64,000 bases of DNA, from positions 40,674,001 through 40,738,000 of the forward strand of contig CM052817.1 of assembly GCA_028534125.1 (NCBI GenBank). The letters are read 5' to 3'. Under the pieces are notes generated by a model. That model made no database searches, had not been told where the DNA came from, and was given only the letters and a program-made list of their open reading frames with translations. Within the stretch, counting starts at the first letter, position 1; each line of letters starts with the position of its first letter. The position numbers and the translations under genes are program-made. Origin of the DNA: Lama glama (taxonomy: Eukaryota). Below, piece after piece: positions 1 through 9,336 of this stretch.

Positions 1-1839
1 TTCAAATGTAGATTTTCACTGCACTAGTAACTAACTATTTCAAGGTTGGCTTCCAGATCTGTTCCAGTGGTGTTACAGAAACCTTTTAGAATTGTGTATG
101 GGTCATGTAATTACATGTCTTACTCATTTTGATGCTTTTAATATTCTTCAAAAAAACTTGAAAGGCCAGGGAATATGCTTCACAGGGGAAAACCAATACA
201 GTAATTTTATTTTCTCTCTATTGGGTCAGTGCAGTTTATTTTTATCTTTTAAAGCATGTTGTTTAAATTGCTGACCAAAAAAAAAAAAGTCTTGAAATAG
301 ACAACAATTCCAAAAGTGGCCTTTGCTCTCGTTTTTCTAAGGATAATCAGACTGTAAATATAGTTTCTAATGAATTTACGCATCATTAGAAGCCACACGT
401 TAAATCAGTTTGGTCTGTGATTATCACTCAAACTTATTTACTAATTATTTTTCTAAATAGCAAAATAAATCTCCACTCAGTCTTTCCCCCTCTGATAGTC
501 CCATAAGAAATCATTTTGCTGTTAGCCTGGAAATGTTCCAGAACCAGAGCAGTGCGGTGGCAGTCCGCGGCATGGCCTCAAGGGAGACATCAGATGTTGG
601 TTCAAATGTGACTTTTATGCTCTTGATCCCACATCTGAAAGTAAAGATGCAATGTGTCTCTATAAAGGTGGTGCTGAATAGCAGTGTTGTATCTCTGTCA
701 GCTCATCAGCCTCTGGGGAGGTGCAATCTAAAAGTCATCAGTGGACTCCTGGGCATTGTCTTTAATCTGGGTCTTTTTTGGGGTCTTGAAATATGGTGGC
801 AGTAACCAATTTAAAGCAAGCAAATGCTAATCATGCAGCAGCCAGCTGTATGAGCACATCTCATCTGGGGATTTAAAAACACTTTGCAAAACATAAGTCA
901 TTAATCTTCACAGTGGCCCTCTGGAGTCATAAACATCCATCACCACCCATCTTAGCCACTAGAAAATCTGGGATTTCAAAGGCACAGTGTAGGGCTACAC
1001 TCAGGGTCCCAGGTGGGTCCTGTAGTACAAACTGTGATCTGACCATCAAGCTCCGGAAGTAATCTCATGAGCAAGGCACAGTGGGCACAGTGGGCCTGTG
1101 CAGAGACACGGCTGACTTGGTGGGGCCATGTTTGGGTCTTTGGAAATGCTGGTTCTATACGGACCCCAGCCAGATGCTGTGTGTTATTTGAGGAAATGTT
1201 AATGAGAAGAGACTGAACTGTTATGTCTGGCTTGGCTTTGGTCTTTTCCTTTCAATGATTATTTCTCTCCCTAGAGGTCCCTTTTTCTTATAGTTACTCT
1301 CTTAATTTGATTTCTCATGCTGAAGTCATAGATTCACAGCCTCTTAGAATACAAAGAAACTTCAGAAGCTGACCACTTTTAATCGTTCCATAAAATTTTG
1401 ATAATCTGGGCAGGGGTATTAATTTACCGACAGTGATCACCCAGGGATTAGGGAAGAACTCTGTTTCTGTTGCTGTATCTTTTCACTTGAAAATTTCTGG
1501 CCCATGGCAGTTGCTTCATAAATGTTTTCTGAGTAATATATGAAAGAGTAAAACCATGTTGGGCTTACGGTTTGGAAGACAAGGGATTGTGGCAATGCTA
1601 ATGCTAACTGTTTGGTTATTACTCAGGTAAGGCGCAGAGATTTACTAGATCATCTTTTCTACACGCTTAGGAACCTTTACTCTATTTAAGGCTCTTAACT
1701 TTATAGAACAAAATACTAAGGACAATGACATGTCTAAAGTCTCACAATTCTTAAAAATGCAGTCATATAGTAAAATATGAGAAATTACTGGATTCTTTCC
1801 TACTTGTTTAGAACTTAAAAGTAATTGGTATAATGTCTT

Positions 1840-2200
1840 GATAAATGAGTCAAAGTCCTGGTCTGTCACTTACTGTCTGTGACCAAGTTCACGTAATTTT
1901 TTTTTAATGATTTCTTTTTTTGGGGGGAGGTAATTAGATTTATTTATTTTATTTTTTATTAAAAAATTATTAATGGAGATACTGGAGATTTAACCCAGGA
2001 CCTCGTGCATGCTAAGCACACACTCTACCACTGAGCTACACCCTCCCCACCCAAGGTCACTTAATTCTAATGAGCAGTTGTTTTTTCATTTGTAAAATGC
2101 TAATAATGATATTAACCTTACAAGGTCATGGTGAGGATTAACAAGACAATGAATATGAGAGTGTTTAGTAGATAGTGGAGTATTATATATTCATAAATAG
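1840..2200 (+). mobile_element. MIR SINE, interrupted by a younger SINE at 1899-2048
   Basis: MIR core: gtcctgggtctgtcacttactgtctgtgacc...ttcatttgtaaaatg...gtgaggattaa. Confidence 0.75.
1899..2048 (-). mobile_element. tRNA-Ala-derived camelid SINE (vic-1-like)
   Basis: Minus strand reads GGGGAGGGTGTAGCTCAGTGGTAGAG...AGCATGCACGAGGTCCTGGGTTAAATC...CCA, with A and B boxes and an A-rich tail. TSD ccaagttcacgtaatt (1883-1898) / ccaaggtcacttaatt (2051-2066). Confidence 0.85.
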
Positions 2201-2749
2201 GTGTTTTATAATTCTATTTAAATATAAGGTTCTTCTTGGAGTTTTTTCCCCCCTGAATTACTGAATTACATGTGTTAACTTATTCATAGTGACTCATGAG
2301 ACTTCCAGACAGGTTGGGTAGTTATTAAGCGGAAGGGCATATCACCTAGAGAAGAAATGTTGTAAATATGTCTGGCTAATGTCAGCCCTTCTAAACAAAG
2401 AACGATTTAGGTATTGCATCACTGACAACGTTGAAATGAAAATATTTGAAATCATCTTTCAGGAGGTTTATTGGAGGGATCTTGTGTGTGAAAGAGACAG
2501 GGGAGAGAGCAAGGAAAAGGAGACAGAATGTGTTGGAGTGTCATGAGCCATACGTTGGGATACATCGAGAGAAACCTGGAAGGCAAAAATTTGGGCCTCA
2601 AAGTTTAAAAAAGGCTCATGTAGGTGTGTGAATATGTATCCACCTTTCTACTTACTCATCACTAGCCCCATCCACACATCCTGTGTCTGTAGCCATCACT
2701 TGGTTGTCTACTCAATATGTATTTTCTACTACCTCTTCCCTTCTAGAAT

Positions 2750-3780
2750 AAAGCTAAAAATGTCAGATTCTCATTTTCTTACTCTATCTGCAGCTAATGG
2801 TATCAATGTGATCCAGTTCTAGTCAATGAGATATAAGAGAAGTCTGCTGGGGTGCAGTTGAGGAAGATTTCTCCCTGTTAGAGAGATTTTTTTTTCTCTG
2901 GATGAATTATTTTATTTTTTAAAAATTTGCTTTTTATTGAAGTGCCGTTGATATGCAATGTTAGTTTCAGGTGTACAGCAAAGCAATTCAGTTATACGTA
3001 TACATACTTAAATATATATATATTTCAGATTCTTTTGCATTATATATTATTACAAGAAATTGAATATACTTCCTTGTGCTATACAGTAGGTCCTTGTTGT
3101 TTATCTGTTTATATATAGTAAGGTGTATTTACTAATCCCAAACTTCTAATTTACCCCTCTCCTGCCCTTTCCCTTTGGTAACCATAGTTTGTTTTTTGTG
3201 TCCATGAGTCTATTTTTGGTTTGTAAATAAGATTTGTATCATTTTATTTAGACTCCACATATAACTGAGATCATATGATATTTGTCTTTTTTTGTCTGAC
3301 TTACTTCACTTAGTATAATAATCTCTAGGTACATCCATGTTGCTGCAAATGGCATTATTTTATTCTTTTTTATGGCTGAGTAGTATGCTATTGTGTATAT
3401 ATGTGTGTGTGTGTATATATATATATGGCACATCTTCTTTATCCAGTCATCTGTTAGAGAGATTTGTATGAGGAGGTCATTTTTTTTTCTCTTCTGGTGT
3501 TATGCACTGTGGTATGAGGACCTGATATGTGGAGTTGCTGTAGCCATTTTACCACCATGAGACAACCAACCATAGGATGAAAATCCAATGTGTTGAGAAT
3601 ATCAGAGCAGAAGGATGGAAAAAGCCTGGGTCATGATGACATCACTTAGCTGCTGGACCAATTTTTGAACTGTATGTCTTCAGACTTATTACTTGAAAGG
3701 ATTATGTGTGTATCTTTATTGTTGAAATCACTTTCCGTTGGGCATTCTGCTAACTGCGTCATCAGTGTGCAGATGTACTC
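2750..3780 (+). mobile_element. Old MLT1-type (ERVL-MaLR) LTR, split by an L1 insertion
   Basis: gtgatccagttctagtcaatgagatataag...gttgctgtagccattttaccaccatgag...gcagaaggatggaaaaagcctggg are typical MLT1J/K/L motifs. Confidence 0.65.
2890..3450 (-). mobile_element. 5'-truncated L1 (ORF2 C-terminus, 3' UTR, poly-A)
   Basis: ORF 3248-3433(-) YYSAIKKNKIMPFAATWMYLEIIILSEVSQ matches the L1 ORF2p C-terminus. Perfect TSD ctgttagagagattt at 2875-2889 / 3451-3465. Confidence 0.92.
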
Positions 3781-4379
3781 TTAATTCACTTTTTCTCGTT
3801 TGTCCCAGGAAGTTTAGATACAATACAGAATGATTAAAGAAATTTGAAATAGGTAAAAAATGATGCAGCATTAAAGAAAAAAAAGGGTGGGAAAGAAAGA
3901 TGGGATGAGGACTGATGTTAATACACAAAAGGTGTGCCATGAAATCCTACATACTTTCTAGAAGACCGCTAAAATTTGGTTTTGAAAGAAACCGTAGTGG
4001 GGCACAGCATTCAGTAGTTTCTCCTAAAGGTTGTTGAATGAGTAAATTAGAGTACCTCCTCCCCTTCTCCCCAGCCCTGCCCACCCTGGGAAGGAATCCC
4101 TCTTTCTCTCTCCACTCTACTGAGTATGAAGATTTTAGCATGCAGAGTCAGGGAAATCAATGGCCAGGCAGTAAGACCTCGCATCCCGGTTCTGTAACTC
4201 TGTTAAATGAAAAATAACAAAACTTGGAAAGTGTTATCACTACATAATTTGTAATAGCAACGACTGGGAACTAATTTCAATTCTAATTTGCAATGGTGGA
4301 AGAATGGTGTAAATGGTGGTCTGTCCGTTTAATGGAATGTTATACAGCTAGCTTTTATTTACACACTTCTACCCATATT

Positions 4380-5040
4380 TAAATTTTCAGCCAATGGTAA
4401 TAACATGCTCCTGTCTAAGGTGACACAGCTGTCTCTCAGTCCAATGGAAACACGCTCTCTCTCCAGATAATGGAGAACTAGCATCCTAGCAGTCAATGCA
4501 CTCCATTTTGGGGGATGTTCTCGGCTCCCCTTTATTGGACCAAGTTTACAGAACTGTACTGATCATCATCCTTGGTCAGGACACACTTTTGTCTTTGGTT
4601 CTGAGTGATGTTCAAACCTCTTTTAATTCAGTCACAATCCCAACTTGATATCCTATAACCTAAAACTACAGTATAAAGTTCATTACATCTAGCATACCTA
4701 GTATAAAATAAGGAAAAGGTGAATGGAAAAATGTATAGATGAAAAAGTAAGGAAAAAATATATAGCTACTGCAATCCTCATTTATGTACCTGACTATAAG
4801 ATGAGAGCCGGTATTTATAATTTCTTTTTTCCATGTTCCCTTTGCTCTCAGCCAGCACCTCAGTGGTCATGATTTGCTGATGGGTGACCCAAACATCCAC
4901 TTCTGTTGAGAGTGAGCCTTTGATTGACCTGAGTATACTGTTAATTTTTATCAGTGGACAGGGTAGTACTTGGAGGCACCATCTCCTGGATTTCAGACTT
5001 TGTTCCCCGAAGCCCCATGCTATAGTCAGCGTTGCCTGTT
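4380..5040 (-). mobile_element. ERVL-MaLR (MLT1) internal sequence fragment
   Basis: atttataatttc...ttccctttgctctcagccagcacctcag...gggtgacccaaac resembles MLT1-int. Confidence 0.55.
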
Positions 5041-5189
5041 TCTGATCCCAGAGCCCAGTAGGTCTGTGTCTTCAGCCCTTGCTTGTCACTAGATTTTCTT
5101 TTTCTGGGTCTCAGATATGCCCATTTTATTTTTGAGTATAGCTATACCTTTGAAATATTAACAATTTATGATTACTATGCTTTTGGAAA

Positions 5190-5642
5190 GGAAGTGGGGT
5201 GAGCTTAACTCTGCTCCACCCCACTGACGTTCTGCGGTGCCCACCCTCATCCCTTCTTCAGGGCTGGCACACCCAGACCCCGGCTGCTGGGCATATGGGC
5301 TGCCAAAGGCTCACAGCTGTGTCCTTCCCTGTGATTGCACCTCTGCTGTGGGGATCTGCCTTGCCCAGGGGTCTGCCTGCTCTTGGCTGGTGTGGGTGTA
5401 CAAAAGCCTACCCCCTTGCCTCAATCAGGAGCAACTCTGAAGGGCCACTGCAGCTCCAGAGCTCTCTGGAGGACTGGTTGAGGTCTCAGTGGCAACTGCA
5501 TTGCAGTCAGCCCCTCTCTGCCCAGTGCTGCCTTCTTCACATCTTTAAAGGTGAAATATCTCCTGAGAACACTCCCCAGTTAGCCCCCTGCACACAACTC
5601 TCCACCTCAGACAGACTCTTATTTGGGTACCCAATCTGAACA
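5190..5642 (+). mobile_element. LTR16-like (ERVL) solo LTR
   Basis: cccccttgcctcaatcaggagcaactctgaagggcc...cagctccagagctc...ggtacccaatctgaaca. Explains ORFs 5199-5639 and 5237-5440. Confidence 0.7.
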
Positions 5643-6331
5643 GACTGAAAGTTCACCAGAGAAGTTACTCCACGGCCTACTGAAGACATCTGTGCTTTGA
5701 CTAGTATGGTGGATGTATGTTACATTTTTTTCCAGGCACGCCTTCTCTTTTTCTGGAATTGTTCTTCTTTCTTTTGGAAACTGTCATTCTCTGTGATTTC
5801 AGTCACATTGTTTATTACAGGATCTGCCCTATTCTTATATGACCCTGCTTTTTATAGTTCCTGTTTTGGCTTAATCTAGTCCAAATTGGAATTTCTGCTT
5901 CTTGCAATCCAGTGTTCTCAACTAGTTCACTAGGTTAAAACTTTATTTTACAAACCAGCAAATTAATAGGCATGATTTATTAATTTATGGCAGCCCAATA
6001 AAGGACAGGTTTTAAGACAGGATAGATGAATTAAAATATTAGATATTTGTTATTTTTTTCCTTAACATGAAAAGTAGTACATAATCATTGTAGAAAACTT
6101 TGAGAGTAGAAGGGAGGAAAAAAGCTTTTAATCCTACTGTCTAGAAATAATTACTATTACTATTATTAATTTTTGTATATCCTTCTAGTCTTTTATCTAG
6201 GGTTATACATTTATGTGTACATATTTTCTTTGAGAATGGTGGGATCATATTGTTCATAAGTTGCTTTAAAATAGTCTTAATATATTTTGAACATATTTCA
6301 TGTCATTAAGTACTCTTCTAGCATGTACTTT

Positions 6332-6569
6332 TATTTTTATTTATTTATTAAAAAATTAAAGTATAGTTGATTTACAGCATTGTGTTAGTTTCAGGTGTAC
6401 AGTAAAGTGATTCGGTTATTTTCAGATTATATTTCATTATAGATTATTACAAGATACTGACTATAGTTCCTGTGCTATAAGTAAATTCTTGTTGCTTATC
6501 TATTTTATGTATAGTAGTTTGTATCTGTTAACCCCATACTCCTAGTTCATCTCTCCCTCCCTCCCTCTC
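6332..6569 (-). mobile_element. L1 3' end
   Basis: gtatagttgatttacagcattgtgttagtttcaggtgtacag.... TSD ctagcatgtacttt (6318-6331) / ctaccatgtacttt (6570-6583). Confidence 0.85.
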
Positions 6570-6583
6570 CTACCATGTACTTT

Positions 6584-6711
6584 TTTTTTTTTATTGAAGT
6601 AGAGTCAGTTTACAATGTTGTGTCAGTTTCTGGTGTACAGCATAATGTTTCAGTCATACGTATACGTACATATGTGGAATCTAAAAAAAGACAAATGAAC
6701 TTATTTATAAA
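6584..6711 (-). mobile_element. Very short L1 3' end with an inverted 5' piece (twin priming)
   Basis: Antisense 3' UTR (ttattgaagtagagtcagtttacaatg...) joined to sense-orientation L1 atatgtggaatctaaaaaaagacaaatgaacttattt. TSD accatgtacttt 6572-6583 / 6712-6723. Confidence 0.8.
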
Positions 6712-7489
6712 ACCATGTACTTTAAAATAACTATATGGTACCTCACCATATGGTTGTATCATAATTTATTTACTCAGACCTAAATTTAGGTTGTTTCTAA
6801 ATTATTGCTGTTGTTGGTGACATAGTGAATGGGATCTTCAGGTAAATTTTTGAAAACAATCCCCAGAAGTTGTAATTGCTGAATTAAAACGTTGGTAGAT
6901 TTTAAGGCCTTTGACATGAATTACTAAATTGATTTCTAAAAATGATTGTATTACCTTATACAGTTGCCAGTGGGCTATGAGAATGCACTTTTCTAACATT
7001 GGGTCATTTTTTTAAAAGAATTTTGACAATTTGATAGGCAAGATAATGCTTTCTTTCCTTAGCTCATATTTCTTTAATTACCAATGGAGGAAATACACTC
7101 TCATGTGTTTATGATCTCTCTTTATGTCTGCATATATATGTGTATGCAGACACACATACATGTATAGTATGCAGGTGTGCCTAAGTGTGTAAATTGCCTA
7201 CTATGTCCTTTGCTCAAATTTTTTTGGCATATTGAAACTTTTCTATATTGTGTAATGCAAATGTATTTTCCAGTTTGCCATTTGCCTTTTAATTTTGTGC
7301 ATAGAGTCTTTTGATGTATTCAGTCAAATTTAATAGTTGTTTCTTTTATGGTTTCTGTTATGCATGGGAAGGCCTTCCCCAACTCTAGGGAAGAGGAACT
7401 TTGATGGGAGGTGGAATCATCTGCGGGGGTGGGGGTGGTGGGGGGAAGGCAAAAGGGAATAGACAGAAAGGCTGATTAAGCCTGCGGCT

Positions 7490-7630
7490 AACTCCAGAAT
7501 CCTGACAAAGGCTCTGGAATTGTGTCTTCTACCTTCTTAATTTTACAGATGAAGAAGCAGAGGTCCGGGGAGAATAAGAAATCAGATTGAAGTAGCAGAT
7601 TACAAAGTCTCCTAACAACAGCGTTATCCA
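7490..7630 (-). mobile_element. MIR fragment
   Basis: attttacagatgaagaagcagaggtcc core. Confidence 0.55.
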
Positions 7631-8090
7631 TAAAGGGATATATTACATTTTTATGAAAAATAATTAATTTAGTGTGGGTGAAAAGCAAAAAAAAAAAAGC
7701 CTTTTGTGTTCTTTCCTGTATTCTTATGTTGATCACAACGTTGAAATAAAGAATTTAAAATGCCCCTAAAAGCTGATTACATCTTTACATGTAGAATTGA
7801 TGGTTCTAATTTCTTTTTATTGATTGTGTAGCGTTTTATAAAAGCTGTATGGATGTAATGGTGCTTACCCAAAGCAAACTCACCGCAGCAATCATCATCC
7901 ATCTGTAATTGTTAACAGTGTCTACAAATTAAACGGGAGCTACTTGAAACTGGAGAGTAAGAACAGGCTGTGTAGTATGTAGTATATGGTAGTTTGTCTC
8001 ACTGGCTCAAGGAGTAGAAACAAACAGCAAATAATGGAATACTCCAGAAGCACACTTTGCATCCATGAGGTGGAATATTAACTAATCTCT

Positions 8091-8277
8091 GAGACTGCCA
8101 GATTTAGCAAATAAAAATAAGGACACCCATTTAAATTTGAGTTTCAGATCAACAATGAATAATTTTATAGTAAGTATGTCCCACAGAATGCATGGGACAT
8201 ACTTAACTAAAAAATTATTCACTGTTGATCTGAAATTCAAATTTAATGAGGCATCCTGCATTTTATCTGGCAGCCCT
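8091..8277 (-). mobile_element. MER53 palindromic hAT MITE
   Basis: Termini gagactgccagat...atctggcagccct; internal arms 8131-8183 and 8193-8246 are near-perfect reverse complements. Confidence 0.88.
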
Positions 8278-8451
8278 TGCAAGTGGGATCTTTTGTTACA
8301 CATATTGAAATTCTAAACCCATTGCACACCTTGTGTGGGTTGGTTCTTTGTCATGCCTATTACATTAGTTGAATGAACAAGGTACTTTCAAGGAAAAGTC
8401 CACCAAGAATCTCACATTGATGTGAAAATTAGCAGTAAGAATCAGAGACAT

Positions 8452-8871
8452 TGTATTAATTTCCAAGGGCAGCCATAACAAAATACCACAAACTGGTGGC
8501 TCAAAATAACAGAAATTGGAAGGCTGAAATCAAGGTGTCAGCAGGGCGTGCTCCCTCTGAAATCTGGAGGGAAGTCCTCTTCCTAGCTTCTGGTGGTTTG
8601 CCGATAATCCTTGGTGCTCCTTGGTTTGCAGCTTCAGCACTTAATCTCTGCCTCCGTCGTCACTTGGCATTCTCCTGTGTATCTCTGTCATCACGTGGCC
8701 TTTTCCTCCTGTAAGGACACCAGTCATATTGGGTTAGGACCCACCCTAATGAATTCATCTTAATCTGATTACATCTGTAGAGACCCTATTTTCAAATAAG
8801 GTCATATTCACAGGTCCTAGGGGTTAGGACTTTAACATATCTTTTAGGGAGACACAATTCAACCTGTAACA
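8452..8871 (-). mobile_element. MLT1A/B/C-type MaLR solo LTR
   Basis: tgtattaatttcc...gccataacaaaataccacaaactgg...aaatcaaggtgtcagcaggg...gacacaattcaacctgtaaca with TG...CA ends. Confidence 0.85.
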
Positions 8872-9061
8872 AATGTGATCACCTAATATCTTTGGTAACA
8901 TATAAAACATTGAAAGTGACTAACTGTAGTCATTTTACTCTGCTAATTCCAAGTACAGATACCGATTGGGCGATCAGCTCCTATTCAGTTGTTCTCTGTG
9001 GAAAAGGTTTTCATTTTTAAAAGAATAATTAGAAATTTTTGTGTTGGATCCTTGAATTTAG

Positions 9062-9336
9062 ACTTTCACTTTTGGCCAGCAACCCAAACTTGATGTTAGA
9101 AGGAGGAAGCTCTGGGGCCTGCAGAAATTTCTGTTTCCCTGAACATAAGGTGAAATGTTCCTTTAAAGGAAAGTAAGTTATTGCTGTGGACTCTCAGATG
9201 TGATAGTCAAGTGGAGTTCCCCCCTGCAGTCCCAGAGGGGCCCCTCATAGCCACTTTAGTGACTTCTAGTACAATTGTCCCGGAAAGGGGTGGGGGGAGA
9301 GGTTATAAAACCTTCAGGAACTTTTCCTTTCAAACT
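9062..9336 (+). promoter_or_regulatory. Candidate internal promoter/enhancer (IRF-, NF-kB-, ETS-, KLF/SP-like motifs, TATA, Inr)
   Basis: ACTTTCACTTTT 9062-9073; GGAGTTCCCC 9213-9222; CCGGAA 9280-9285; GGGGTGGGG 9287-9295; TATAAAA 9304-9310; TCAAACT 9330-9336. Motif evidence only. Confidence 0.3.

Larger units (their letters stand above)
6040..7390 (-). mobile_element. Ancient L1M (L1ME/MC-type) fragment hosting two younger L1 3' ends
   Basis: Degenerate antisense L1 3'-end motifs (ttaggttgtttc, cccagaagt...aattgctgaatt, tttgcaaatgtattttccag). Confidence 0.6.

Noticed and set aside
533..805. 90-aa ATG ORF (MFQNQSSAVAVRG...) after an ag acceptor-like site
   Set aside because: No recognisable protein similarity and no convincing splice donor; consistent with a chance ORF
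5199..5639. Longest ORF in the track (146 aa)
   Set aside because: Lies entirely within an LTR16-like LTR, has a GTG start and no protein-like features
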